Positions 1 through 9,881 of a DNA stretch of 64,000 bases are shown piece after piece; the first letter of the stretch is position 1, and every line of letters begins with the position of its first letter. The stretch spans positions 146,692 to 210,691 of the forward strand of contig JACIWW010000001.1 in NCBI GenBank assembly GCA_014360905.1. Reading direction: 5' to 3'. The position numbers and the translations under genes were made by a program. This DNA comes from Chloroflexota bacterium. Lineage in GTDB: Bacteria; Chloroflexota; Anaerolineae; UBA2200. Below the pieces are notes generated by a model, which was not told the origin of the DNA, made no database searches, and was given only the letters and a program-made list of their open reading frames with translations.

Positions 1-272
1 CTGACATCATTAAAATAGCATCCAATGAGACAGCAGACGCCATCGTCGTGGGCACATACAACGGCCTCGCGCTTGAAATAGGCAAAGCCTTGCGCAGCGA
101 AATGGACAGAGTAGGACTAAAAGTGCCCCTCTTCATGGGCGGAAAGCTCAACCAGGCAGTCGAGGGTCAAGCACTGCCGGTAGATGTCTCTGATGAGATT
201 GCTGCGCTGGGATTCATCCCCTGCCAGACCATCCAGGAGCTACTGGATAGACTGGGGGAGATGTTCGGCTAA
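1..272 (+). CDS. Partial CDS (5' end outside window): cobalamin (B12)-binding domain C-terminus of a mutase-like protein
   Basis: Frame 3 reads ...DIIKIASNETADAIVVGTYNGLALEIGKAL...VPLFMGGKLNQ..., a B12-binding Rossmann-like pattern as in methylmalonyl-CoA-mutase-type proteins. Stop codon at 270-272. Confidence 0.5.
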   Translation, partial: DIIKIASNETADAIVVGTYNGLALEIGKALRSEMDRVGLKVPLFMGGKLNQAVEGQALPVDVSDEIAALGFIPCQTIQELLDRLGEMFG

Positions 273-285
273 GGGGAGTTCGACG

Positions 286-1077
286 ATGAAACTCAAAGGC
301 AGGACCGCGCTTGTAACTGGCGCGAGCCAGGGGATAGGCAAGGCAATCAGCCTGGCATTAGCTGAAGCTGGCGCTGATGTGATTGTAAACTGCGACCGAA
401 ACATGACAGCGGCAGAGGCCGTGGCACAGGAAATACGAGCACTGGGCTGTCGAGCGATCGCCGTCCAGGCAGATGTCTCCAAGTGCGATCAGGTCACCCG
501 CATGGTGCAACAGGCTCTGGCGGCCTTTGGCACCATTGACATCTTGGTCAACAATGCAGGCATCTTCATCCCTAGCCCCATCGAAGATTTGAGAGAAGAG
601 GACTGGGATCGGGTGATAGATGTGAACTTGAAGGGCGTCTTTCTCTGCTGTCAGGCAGTGGGCAGACACATGATTGAGAGAAAAGCAGGTGGATCTATCA
701 TCAACGTAGCTTCCATATCTGGCCACATGCCTGAAATCAACGGCGGTGCCTACTCACCCAGCAAAGCCGGCGTGCTCGCACTAACATGCCTTCTCGCCGT
801 TGAGTGGGCCAAGTATGGGATCCGTGTCAATGCCCTGAGCCCAGGGCCCATCATGACGCCTTTGCAGCGCGCTGCCTTCCCTAGCGAGAAACTCCTGGCT
901 GCAAGGAATCGAGCAGTGCCTATGAATCGGCACGGCTTGCCCGAAGAGATGGCTAAAGTCGCGGTCTTTCTCGCTTCCGATGACGCCAGCTATATCACAG
1001 GTGCGGACATCACGGCTGATGGAGGATCGCTGGTGAGTATGTTCTACCTAGTTCGCCAACTGGCCGAGTGCGCGTGA
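286..1077 (+). CDS. SDR family NAD(P)-dependent oxidoreductase
   Basis: MKLKGRTALVTGASQGIGKAI is a TGxxxGIG Rossmann motif, and YSPSKAG matches the YxxxK catalytic motif. RBS AAGGGGAG 8 nt upstream of the ATG at 286; the ORF-track start at 184 is rejected. Confidence 0.8.
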   Translation: MKLKGRTALVTGASQGIGKAISLALAEAGADVIVNCDRNMTAAEAVAQEIRALGCRAIAVQADVSKCDQVTRMVQQALAAFGTIDILVNNAGIFIPSPIEDLREEDWDRVIDVNLKGVFLCCQAVGRHMIERKAGGSIINVASISGHMPEINGGAYSPSKAGVLALTCLLAVEWAKYGIRVNALSPGPIMTPLQRAAFPSEKLLAARNRAVPMNRHGLPEEMAKVAVFLASDDASYITGADITADGGSLVSMFYLVRQLAECA

Positions 1078-1119
1078 GAGCTCGCGCCAGGCTAAGCTCT
1101 TTATGCAATCGAGGCAAAA

Positions 1120-2400
1120 ATGTCACTGAAACTCAGCGAAAAAGATCAACGCATGTTACGAGGAGAGTATGGCAAGGCAGCAAAGCTAGCCATGTCTATC
1201 CTGGTCAGGATGGCTGAAGTATATGGCGCCGAGGAAATGATCGACGTAAGCCTGGCACACATTGACGGCGTAGGGCTGCTGAGCGAAGCTAGTTTGGAGT
1301 TTGCGGAGACTCTAGCTTCATTGGGTGGAAAGGTTTCCATACCGACCACCCTTAACATGGTGCCACTCGACACGCAGCAGTGGCAAAAATGGCACATCCC
1401 TGAGGACTATGCCAGTCGTGCCCTCCGTCAGATTCAGGCTTATATTCACATGGGTTGTGTCCCTACCTGTACTTGCGCACCGTATCAAGGCTACCTAACG
1501 CCGAGGTTCGGCCAACAAATCGCTTGGGCTGAATCCAATGCAATTGTATTCGCCAATTCTGTCCTAGGCGCAAGAACCAATCGCTATGGGGACTATATAG
1601 ACATTTGCGCTGCCATCACTGGCAGAGTTCCCAAATACGGCCTGCACCTCACTCCCAACCGCAAGGGCCAGCTCTTGCTGCGCTTGGTGGATATCGAGCC
1701 AGAAGCAATGATGAATGACATCTTCTACCCACTATTGGGCCATTTTTTGGGACGCATCGCAGAGGACAAGATCCCGGTCATCGCGGGGCTGCCTGCGCAG
1801 GTTAACGATGACCAATTCAAAGCTCTGGGGGCAGCAGCGGCTTCTTCAGGGGCTGTTGCCCTCTTCCATGCGGAGGGGATAACCCCAGAGGCGCCTACTC
1901 TGGAACAAGCCTTCCAGAATACGGCCCCAGAAAAGGTCATTCCTGTTCGTCCAGCGGAGTTGGTAGCCGCACTGAGAGAACTCTCCACAGCAAAAGCGGA
2001 TACCCCACTCGATGCCATTGTCCTTGGCTGCCCCCACTTCTCTTTTGCGGAGTTTCAGCAACTGGCACGTTTGATCGAAGCCCAAGAGGGCCGAACAGTG
2101 CACTCAAGAGTGCGGTTTATTGTGCTAACCAATCAGCTCACTTACTCTCTGCTGCAGAGGAGCAACTTGATCACGCTGCTGACGGGCTTTGGCGTCCAAA
2201 TTGTCTTGGATACTTGCGATTTCCACTGCCCAATACTTTCCCCAACGACGAAAGTGATTATGACCAACTCGGGAAAGCAAGCCTACTATGCCCCTGGCGA
2301 GCTGGGAGTGCAGGTTGCCCTTGGGAGCATGGCGGATTGTGTACAATCTGCAGTAGAAGGACATGTTGTTAGGAGAGAAACACTGTGGAAAGAATCATGA
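1120..2400 (+). CDS. AcnX (DUF521) large catalytic subunit, aconitase-X family dehydratase (cis-3-hydroxy-L-proline dehydratase-like)
   Basis: 426 aa with the MLRGEYGKAAKLAM...HIDGVG N-terminus typical of DUF521/AcnX. Followed, with overlap, by a DUF126 swivel-domain partner. Confidence 0.65.
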   Translation: MSLKLSEKDQRMLRGEYGKAAKLAMSILVRMAEVYGAEEMIDVSLAHIDGVGLLSEASLEFAETLASLGGKVSIPTTLNMVPLDTQQWQKWHIPEDYASRALRQIQAYIHMGCVPTCTCAPYQGYLTPRFGQQIAWAESNAIVFANSVLGARTNRYGDYIDICAAITGRVPKYGLHLTPNRKGQLLLRLVDIEPEAMMNDIFYPLLGHFLGRIAEDKIPVIAGLPAQVNDDQFKALGAAAASSGAVALFHAEGITPEAPTLEQAFQNTAPEKVIPVRPAELVAALRELSTAKADTPLDAIVLGCPHFSFAEFQQLARLIEAQEGRTVHSRVRFIVLTNQLTYSLLQRSNLITLLTGFGVQIVLDTCDFHCPILSPTTKVIMTNSGKQAYYAPGELGVQVALGSMADCVQSAVEGHVVRRETLWKES

Positions 2401-2822
2401 TTGGGAAACCGGTCATACCTGGTTCAGCAAAGGGAGTAGCTGTAGTATCCAAAGAACCATTGAGCTTGTGGGGCGGCTTGAATGCCTACACCGGAGAGAT
2501 CATTGACCGGCGACATGAGCGTTCAGGAGCTATTGTTACGGGCAAAGTATTCGTCTTTCCACAAGGCAGGGGCTCTAGCACAGCCAGCGCTATCCTCGTG
2601 GAGAGCGTAAAAGCGGGAACAGCCCCAGCCGCTATCATCAACCTAAAAGTGGATCCGATCCTGGCTTTGGGCGCAATTGTGGCTGATGAGCTATATCACA
2701 AAACTGTTCCCATCGTTGTTGTATCAGCGGAAGACTTTCAAACGATCCAGGAGGGCGATTATCTGGAGATCACGCTGGACGGCACGATTACCCTCCGTAG
2801 GAAGGACAACTTGACCACATGA
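2385..2822 (+). CDS. AcnX small subunit (DUF126 swivel domain)
   Basis: 145 aa, IGKPVIPGSAKGVAVVSKEPLSLWGGLN...VFVFPQGRGSS...AIIN pattern of DUF126. GTG start overlapping the large-subunit stop, with RBS AGGAGAG upstream. Confidence 0.6.
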   Translation: MERIMIGKPVIPGSAKGVAVVSKEPLSLWGGLNAYTGEIIDRRHERSGAIVTGKVFVFPQGRGSSTASAILVESVKAGTAPAAIINLKVDPILALGAIVADELYHKTVPIVVVSAEDFQTIQEGDYLEITLDGTITLRRKDNLTT

Positions 2823-2844
2823 AGATACATCGTAGGTTGGAGCT

Positions 2845-3981
2845 ATGTCTCCTGACGTAGTGGTAATTGGCGGGGGCATCATTGGCGCTTGCTGCGCCTA
2901 TTACCTCTCTCTTGCAGGGCTCAGGGTGTACCTTGTGGAGAGGGGTGGAATAGCCTCTGGTTGCTCAGGAGCCTGCCAATTCGGCATCGGACACATTAAC
3001 TCAGGAATTGGCAGAGACCTAACCATAGCCAGTGGAAAGCTTTATGCTGACCTCGCTGAACAGCTTCCTCTGGATATCGAATACGATCGGGTGGGGAATA
3101 TTTACATCGCAGATAGCCCTAAGGGCATGAAAGCGTTGGAACGCACTATGCAACTGGTGCAGCGCAGCGGAATGCGTTGCCAGCTCCTAAACGAAAAGGA
3201 ATTGCACGAGTCGGAGCCTTATTTATCATCTGAGTTAGTGGGAGGGCTTTTCTTCCCGGATGATGCCAAGGTGCAGCCCATTCTAGCTACGCTGGCTTTT
3301 GTCAAAGCGGCCAAAGAGAGGGGAGCAACGATCCTGACCTTCACCGAAGTCACAGGCATTGAGCTTACAGCCAGCAAAGCGGTGACGGCCGTGTTTACAA
3401 CGGCTGGGCGGATCCCAACAAAAGCCGTCGTGAATGCCGCAGGAGCTTGGAGTGCTTCCATCGGGAAAATGGTGGGCGTGGAAATACCCGTGATTCCACG
3501 CAAAGGCCACATCGTCGTAACGGAGCCTGTCCCTCCCATGATCAATACCTACCTATTGGATGCCAGTTACTTTGAGGCAGTAGAAGAGGATGCGCACAGA
3601 ATTGCTGTCGCGATGGTGCTGGGACAAACACGCAGTGGTAACATCTTGTTGGGAAGCAGTCGGCAGTTCGCAGGCTTCGATCGCTCTGTGGACCACGAGG
3701 TGGTACGTTCCATGATCAACCGCTGCCTTCGCTTTCTGCCGGCCCTTGCCAATGTCCACGCCATTCGCATCTATGCAGGGCTGCGGCCGTACACGCCTGA
3801 TCTCCTCCCTATCATTGATGGAGTCGAGGAGGTGCCAGGCTTTTACATCGCCGCAGGGCATGAGGGAGAGGGGATCACGATGGGGCCCATCACCGGCAAA
3901 CTGATTAGTCAAATGATCACGGGGCAGAAACTTGATCTGCCTGTAGAACAGTTATCGTTATCGAGGTTCGTGAATTCCTGA
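2845..3981 (+). CDS. FAD-dependent oxidoreductase (DAO family), putative D-hydroxyproline dehydrogenase
   Basis: N-terminal VVVIGGGIIGACCAYYL is a GxGxxG FAD dinucleotide fold. C-terminal region AGLRPYTPD...GFYIAAGHEGEGI is typical of DAO/sarcosine-oxidase-beta-type enzymes. Confidence 0.7.
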   Translation: MSPDVVVIGGGIIGACCAYYLSLAGLRVYLVERGGIASGCSGACQFGIGHINSGIGRDLTIASGKLYADLAEQLPLDIEYDRVGNIYIADSPKGMKALERTMQLVQRSGMRCQLLNEKELHESEPYLSSELVGGLFFPDDAKVQPILATLAFVKAAKERGATILTFTEVTGIELTASKAVTAVFTTAGRIPTKAVVNAAGAWSASIGKMVGVEIPVIPRKGHIVVTEPVPPMINTYLLDASYFEAVEEDAHRIAVAMVLGQTRSGNILLGSSRQFAGFDRSVDHEVVRSMINRCLRFLPALANVHAIRIYAGLRPYTPDLLPIIDGVEEVPGFYIAAGHEGEGITMGPITGKLISQMITGQKLDLPVEQLSLSRFVNS

Positions 3982-4044
3982 TTCGTTTTACGGGGCATGT
4001 AATCTGGTTGTTCGTTATCAATACTTAAAAGGAGGCACGTAACG

Positions 4045-5079
4045 ATGAGATTTAATAGACTCATCACAGCGGTGGATTCACACACCGAAGGGGAGCCAGC
4101 GAGAGTTGTCATAGGCGGAATCCCTCCTATTCCTGGGAAAACCATGGTCGAGAAATGGCTGTGGGCGCAGAAGAATCTAGACGATGTGCGCACGATGCTC
4201 ATGTTTGAACCGCGTGGCAGCAACATCCAGTCTGGTAGCATCATCACTGCGCCGGCGCATCCAGAAGCAGATGTGGGGGTGCTCTTCATCGAAGTCAGCG
4301 GCTTCCTGCCCATGTGTGGACATATGACTATTGCTACCTGCACAGTGTTGGTGGAAACAGGCATGGTGGAAGCCAAGGAACCGGTGACCAATATTGTCCT
4401 GGATACCCCAGCTGGGCTCGTCAGAGCAAAAGTGCGCGTTGCAAACGGCCAGGTACAGGATGTGACTTTCCAAAATGTCCCTGCTTTCCTTTATAAACGC
4501 GATGTGGTGGTTGACGTGCCCGAACTGGGAAAAGTGAGGCTAGACATTGCATGGGGCGGAAATTTCTATGCTATTCTCCCTGCAGAGAGCGTAGGTTTGG
4601 AACTGGTCCCCGAACGCGCCAAAGAGATCGTGGACAAGGGTTCGAAGATAAGGGAAGCGGTCTTTGATCAGGTACAAATCGCGCATCCGGAAAACCCGGC
4701 TATTGACCGCTGCACTCACGTGCGGTTTGTAGCACCGTCCACCAATCCGAAAGCAACGGCAAAGAATGCCGTCCTCTATGGGGTTGAAGCCATAGATCGT
4801 TCCCCATGTGGTACGGGGACATCAGCAGAAATGGCTGCTCGCTATGCCAAGGGTGAACTCAAATTGAATGAAGAGTTTGTCAGCGAAAGCATCATTGGCA
4901 GCCTTTTCTATGGCAAACTCATAGAGGAAACAACCGTAGGTTCGTTCCCTGCAGTCGTGCCCACGATCAGAGGCAGCGCCTACATCAGCGGTCTTCAGCA
5001 ATTCGTGCTCGATCCCAGGGATCCCTGGCCGCATGGATTCTATGTGGGGCCAAAGAGCAAATGGGGTGCCGAGTTCTAG
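4045..5079 (+). CDS. Proline racemase family protein (Cys/Cys type: proline racemase or 4-hydroxyproline 2-epimerase)
   Basis: MRFNRLITAVDSHTEGEPARVVIGG plus the MCGH motif and DRSPCGTGTSA, so both catalytic Cys are present. Strong RBS AAAGGAGG. Confidence 0.8.
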   Translation: MRFNRLITAVDSHTEGEPARVVIGGIPPIPGKTMVEKWLWAQKNLDDVRTMLMFEPRGSNIQSGSIITAPAHPEADVGVLFIEVSGFLPMCGHMTIATCTVLVETGMVEAKEPVTNIVLDTPAGLVRAKVRVANGQVQDVTFQNVPAFLYKRDVVVDVPELGKVRLDIAWGGNFYAILPAESVGLELVPERAKEIVDKGSKIREAVFDQVQIAHPENPAIDRCTHVRFVAPSTNPKATAKNAVLYGVEAIDRSPCGTGTSAEMAARYAKGELKLNEEFVSESIIGSLFYGKLIEETTVGSFPAVVPTIRGSAYISGLQQFVLDPRDPWPHGFYVGPKSKWGAEF

Positions 5080-5178
5080 ACTAGACTGGTAAACCAGCAC
5101 CCGACGAACAAAAGATGGTTTCGCCCTTCAGTAGGTCAAAATACAAGGCTAATCAAATTATCGAGGAGGTATTCGCTT

Positions 5179-6093
5179 ATGGACAAGCAATCAAAAAGTG
5201 CTCGCAAGCCATTGGAAGGTGTTTTCCCTCTGCTACCCTTTGCTATAAAAGAAAACCAGGAGCCTGACTTGGATGGACTGGCGCATAACGTTGAGTTCCT
5301 GGCCAAATCGGGCGTCCATGGCTTCATCATCTTCGGCTGCATGGGAGAATTCTATGCCCCCAGCGAAGCAGAATTCAACCTGGTTGTAGATGCGGCAGTG
5401 CAAGCCGCAGCTGGAAGGCTGGCAGTCGTTGTGGGAACTACCTTCCAGAATGCGAAGGAATGTATTCGCCGAACCAAGTATGCTGAACGCGCCGGTGCCG
5501 ATGGGGTCATGATTGCGCCTCCCTACGTGATTAACCCCACCGAGGAGGTTGTTTTCGAACACTATCGCGCCATCAACGAGGTGGTGGATGAGATTCAAAT
5601 CATGGCTTACAACTATCCGCCTCTTCCCAGGGGATTCAACATGACTCCTGCCTTCTGGGACAGGCTCCTAGAGCTGGAGCACATCAAGGCAGTAAAGGAA
5701 TCCAATGGCGACGTCTGGCATCGGGTGAATGTGCTCACCAAAATAGCCGACAAGATCAACGTCTTCTCCGGTGGCGAGGGATGGCTGTTCAGCGATGTCC
5801 TGTTAGGGGGCAAGGGAATCGTGTCGCTATTCGGGATTGCCGTTCCAAAAGCGGTGCTGGCTTTGTACAATGCCTGTATGAATAGGGATCTGAACAAAGC
5901 GATACCCTTGTACCGCAAGTTCACGCAACTTTGCGGCTACCTCACTTCCGAAAATGAGGTGGCATACCTCAAAGCGACCGCTGAGATTGGCGGACAGAAA
6001 GCTGGCCGTCCCAGAGCGCCTTATCAACCATTGGACCCAGCAGTGCACCAAGTGCTGGAAAGATATTTAACTGAACTCGCTTCAATAGAATAA
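5179..6093 (+). CDS. DapA/DHDPS-family lyase (putative 1-pyrroline-4-hydroxy-2-carboxylate deaminase or 2-keto-3-deoxy-acid dehydratase)
   Basis: FGCMGEFYAPSEAE (the GxxGE motif) and the Schiff-base Lys context IKAVKESNGD. RBS GAGGAGG. Confidence 0.7.
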   Translation: MDKQSKSARKPLEGVFPLLPFAIKENQEPDLDGLAHNVEFLAKSGVHGFIIFGCMGEFYAPSEAEFNLVVDAAVQAAAGRLAVVVGTTFQNAKECIRRTKYAERAGADGVMIAPPYVINPTEEVVFEHYRAINEVVDEIQIMAYNYPPLPRGFNMTPAFWDRLLELEHIKAVKESNGDVWHRVNVLTKIADKINVFSGGEGWLFSDVLLGGKGIVSLFGIAVPKAVLALYNACMNRDLNKAIPLYRKFTQLCGYLTSENEVAYLKATAEIGGQKAGRPRAPYQPLDPAVHQVLERYLTELASIE

Positions 6094-6230
6094 GCTTCAT
6101 AAGCGATAGTTTGGTCCCTTGCTCGAGAGCGCACCTACCATTCTGCATCTCGACATGCAGGGGACGCCATAGGCGATGCCCGTTCGGACAAGATAGCCTA
6201 TTAGGCAGAAATTAGGAGGGGACGATCGCG

Positions 6231-7274
6231 ATGAAATTCAGCAGAATACTTACCGCAATTGACTCGCATACCGGGGGCAACCCAGAGAGAGTGGTCATCG
6301 GAGGAGTGCCGCCCATCCCTGGGGAGACTATGTTGGAGAAACTGAAATACGTGCGCCACCATTTGGACTCCCTCCGTACCTTTCTCGTGCACGAACCTCG
6401 GGGGCATAGCAACATGTATGCTTCCTTGCTCATTCCACCCACAGTGGATGGCGCAGATTTTGGAGTGCTCTACCTAGAGCCAGGTGGTTACGCGACCATG
6501 TGCGGGCACGGCACCATTGCCATTTGCACCGTCTTGGTGGAAATGGGCATGGTGACAGTGAAAGAGCCGATGACCAGGATTGTGCTCGACACCCCTGCCG
6601 GCATAGTCCAAGCCGACGTGGCAGTGAAAGATGGCATGGCGGAGTCTGTAACCATTCAGAACGTCCCCTCCTTTCTCTATAAAGCAGATGTAGAGGTGGA
6701 TGTCCCAGGAATAGGGCGGGTAAAGGTGGACATTGCCTACGGCGGCAATTTTTACGCCATCCTGCCCGCAGAGAGTGTAGGCTTGGAGATCTCACCAGAG
6801 CATGCGAACGAAATTATCTCATGTGGCACTAAGATTTGGCAAGCAGTCAATGAACAGGTAGAGATCCACCACCCAGAAGCTCCAGAAATCAATTGTATCA
6901 ATTATGTAGAGTTCTCTGCGCCGCCAACACACCCAAAAGCCACGCTGAAGAACGCGGTTGTGGTGCCCCCTGCTGGCATAGACCGCTCTCCTTGCGGCAC
7001 TGGGACAAGCGCCAAGATGGCTACGCTCTACGCCAAGGGAGAATTGGGTTTGCACGAGGAATTCGTCCACGAGAGCATTATCGGCAGCCTTTTCTACGGT
7101 CGGCTAATTGAGGAGACCAAGGTCGGTCCGTTTGCTGCGGTCGTGCCCACGATCAAAGGCAGCGCCTATATCATGGGCATCCAACAGTTCGTGCTCGACC
7201 CCAGAGACCCCTTCCCCACCGGGTTTCTGCTGGGAAAGCAGGAAAAACTGTACGGCGTTGATTTTGGCTCCTAA
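6231..7274 (+). CDS. Proline racemase family protein (second Cys/Cys paralog)
   Basis: MKFSRILTAIDSHTGGNPERVVIGG, MCGHGT and DRSPCGTGTSA. About 60% identical to the 4045 paralog by eye. RBS AGGAGGGG. Confidence 0.8.
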   Translation: MKFSRILTAIDSHTGGNPERVVIGGVPPIPGETMLEKLKYVRHHLDSLRTFLVHEPRGHSNMYASLLIPPTVDGADFGVLYLEPGGYATMCGHGTIAICTVLVEMGMVTVKEPMTRIVLDTPAGIVQADVAVKDGMAESVTIQNVPSFLYKADVEVDVPGIGRVKVDIAYGGNFYAILPAESVGLEISPEHANEIISCGTKIWQAVNEQVEIHHPEAPEINCINYVEFSAPPTHPKATLKNAVVVPPAGIDRSPCGTGTSAKMATLYAKGELGLHEEFVHESIIGSLFYGRLIEETKVGPFAAVVPTIKGSAYIMGIQQFVLDPRDPFPTGFLLGKQEKLYGVDFGS

Positions 7275-7286
7275 GGAGGCTATGTA

Positions 7287-8171
7287 ATGGAAAAGTGGCG
7301 TGGGGTCTATGCGGTCATGCTCACTCCTTTCCAAGCCGATGAATCGTTGGACAAGGAAGCACTGAGGAGACATATAGACTTTTTGATTGCAGAGGGGATT
7401 CATGGCATTATCGCAACGGGCAGCACAGGGGAATTTGCCTCCCTGTCTGACGAAGAACACAAGAGAGTGGTGGACATCACCATTGAGCAAGCGCGTGGCA
7501 GGGTGCCTGTGCTGGTGGGTTCGGCAGCCAATTCCACCCAACATACCATTATGTATTCTCAGTATGCAGAACAGGCCGGTGCGGATGGCTTGATGGTCGT
7601 CGCCCCCTACTATTGCCACCCCAGCGAACGGGAACTATATGAGCATTACAAAGCTGTGGCTGAAAGCGTACGCATCCCGATCATGATCTACAACAATCCG
7701 GTGACTAGCGGAGTGGATATGCGTCCAGAGCTACTGGCACGGCTGGCTGAGATCGATAATATTTCTTATGTCAAAGAAGCCACTGGTGATATCCGGCGTG
7801 TTGGGCAGATTAAGAGACTATGCGGCGATAAGATGAGTGTCTTCGTTGGCTGCGACAACGTCATGTTGGAATGCTGGCTCATGGGCGCTGATGGTTGGGT
7901 ATCTGGTTCAGCCAATATCATTCCCGCCCGATGCGTTGAGCTGTACGAACTTACAATCAAGGGGCAAATTGACCAAGCCAGAGAGCTGTATTACCGGATG
8001 CTGCCCCTGGGAGATATGCTTGACCTCGAAGGGTCGTTTGTCCAATACCTGAAAGCCGGTTCGGAATTGCTAGGACGTCCGCTAGGAAAGCCCAGAAGAC
8101 CTCTGTTGCCACCTCTGGAAGAAGATCTTGAGAGGCTGAAAGCGGCACTTGACCTGGTAACCGGGAAATGA
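7287..8171 (+). CDS. DapA/DHDPS-family lyase (second paralog)
   Basis: IIATGSTGEFASLSDEE and SYVKEATGD carry the DHDPS-family motifs. RBS AAGGAGG. Confidence 0.7.
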   Translation: MEKWRGVYAVMLTPFQADESLDKEALRRHIDFLIAEGIHGIIATGSTGEFASLSDEEHKRVVDITIEQARGRVPVLVGSAANSTQHTIMYSQYAEQAGADGLMVVAPYYCHPSERELYEHYKAVAESVRIPIMIYNNPVTSGVDMRPELLARLAEIDNISYVKEATGDIRRVGQIKRLCGDKMSVFVGCDNVMLECWLMGADGWVSGSANIIPARCVELYELTIKGQIDQARELYYRMLPLGDMLDLEGSFVQYLKAGSELLGRPLGKPRRPLLPPLEEDLERLKAALDLVTGK

Positions 8172-8186
8172 GGATAGGAGGTAAGC

Positions 8187-9860
8187 TTGGAAACACGGCA
8201 TAACTTCTTTGTCGGTCCACAGGCGGCACACCGCAGGCAGATATACAAAGGTGCTGGCTACACACACGATGATTTTGGCAAGCCATTGATCGGAGTAGCC
8301 AACTCTTGGACAGAAGCCTCGCCTGCACACATGCATCTCCGGCAACTGGCGGAAGTGGTAAAAGCAGGAATCTGGCAGGCCGGAGGAGTCCCGTTCGAGT
8401 TTGGACTTTTTGCTACCTGCGGCAACATCGCTATCGGGACAGAAAACATGAAGTACGAGCTGGCGATCCGCGATGTCCTTGCGGCGTCCATAGAAATTAT
8501 GTCCATGGTGCATCTGTTTGATGGCTTGGTCCTACTGGCTTCGTGCGACAACATTATCCCCGGCCACCTCATGGGCGCAATTAGGGTAGATTTGCCCTCC
8601 ATCATGGTCACTGGCGGGCCAATGCTAGCGGGAAAATGGCGCGAAGGCACGGTATTAGCCCCCGATGTGAATGAGGCAGTGTTCGGTGCCCTCCCCCTGA
8701 AGCACATTAGCGAACAAGACCTGCGCGAAATGGAGGAATGTTCTTGTCCTGGGCCTGGCGCCTGTCCGGTCATGGGGACTGCCAACACTATGCAAATTCT
8801 GACCGAGGCCATGGGCATGGCTCTATCTGGCTCAGCCACAATTCCCGCCATCTCAGCGGATAGATTAAAGGTGGCTCGCCGGTCCGGTCAGCGTATTGTT
8901 GAACTGGTGAAAGAGGATGTGCGTCCTTCTCGTATCCTCGATGAGAGAGCCCTCAGGAATGCTATCGTCGTGAATGCAGCGATTGGTGGCTCCACAAATG
9001 CACCTCTCCATATCATTAGCATGGGAAAAGAGCTTGGAATACAAATAGAACTGGATTTGTTCGATGAAATCAGCCGTAAGACTCCGCTTTTAGCTTCTGT
9101 CATCCCCAATGGCCCTCATACGGTAGTTGATTTCCACGAGGCGGGGGGAGTCCCTGCATTGCTGAAAGAATTGGGAGACCTGATCGACGGCAGTGCTTTG
9201 ACCGTTGATGGCAGGACTGTGGGTGAAAATGTCCAACAAGTTCGTGGAAGCCGGGGCCCTGCTATCTCCAGCAGGGATCAGCCGGTGCAAGCCGAGGGCG
9301 GTCTGGCTGTGCTCAAGGGAAACATCGCGCCTCGTGGCGCCATCGTGCGCACCTCTGCCATCAAGAAGGAAATGCTAGTACACAGAGGTCCAGCGAAAAC
9401 CTTTAACAGCGACCAAGAAGCCTGGAAAGCGATTATAGAAGGCAGAATCCAACCTGGCGATGTGATCGTGGTGCGTTATGAAGGCCCCAAAGGCGCACCA
9501 GGCATGAAGGAGGTGATGCTATCTACCGATGCCCTATATCGTATTGGCCTGGAGGGTTCGGTCGGACTGATTACCGATGGCCGTTTTTCTGGGTTCAACC
9601 GCGGTCCCATTGTGGGTCACGTATCGCCAGAAGCCATGGAGGGCGGCGTTATCGCCATCATCGAAGATGGGGATATGATTGAGATTAACATCCCCGCTCG
9701 CCAGTTGCACGTGGAGTTGCCGGAAGAAGAGATTCAAAGACGCCTAGCCCACTGGCGCGCACCAGAACCCAAGACCAAGACGGGGTTCCTCGCACTTTAT
9801 GCGCAGATGGCATTGCCAGCCGATCAAGGCGCGGCAATGCAGAAATGGAGACATACCTAA
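8187..9860 (+). CDS. IlvD/EDD family dehydratase (dihydroxy-acid / sugar-acid dehydratase)
   Basis: 557 aa. [15 protein letters not shown]...CGNIAIGT...CDNIIPG...[17 protein letters not shown] includes the CPG[PS]G(A/S)C Fe-S motif. TTG start with RBS AGGAGG. Confidence 0.8.
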   Translation: METRHNFFVGPQAAHRRQIYKGAGYTHDDFGKPLIGVANSWTEASPAHMHLRQLAEVVKAGIWQAGGVPFEFGLFATCGNIAIGTENMKYELAIRDVLAASIEIMSMVHLFDGLVLLASCDNIIPGHLMGAIRVDLPSIMVTGGPMLAGKWREGTVLAPDVNEAVFGALPLKHISEQDLREMEECSCPGPGACPVMGTANTMQILTEAMGMALSGSATIPAISADRLKVARRSGQRIVELVKEDVRPSRILDERALRNAIVVNAAIGGSTNAPLHIISMGKELGIQIELDLFDEISRKTPLLASVIPNGPHTVVDFHEAGGVPALLKELGDLIDGSALTVDGRTVGENVQQVRGSRGPAISSRDQPVQAEGGLAVLKGNIAPRGAIVRTSAIKKEMLVHRGPAKTFNSDQEAWKAIIEGRIQPGDVIVVRYEGPKGAPGMKEVMLSTDALYRIGLEGSVGLITDGRFSGFNRGPIVGHVSPEAMEGGVIAIIEDGDMIEINIPARQLHVELPEEEIQRRLAHWRAPEPKTKTGFLALYAQMALPADQGAAMQKWRHT

Positions 9861-9881
9861 ACTAAACCACATAGAAGGAGG

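Noticed and set aside
8258-8851. 197-aa antisense ORF within the IlvD/EDD gene
   Set aside because: Spurious. The sense frame carries the diagnostic Fe-S dehydratase motifs.
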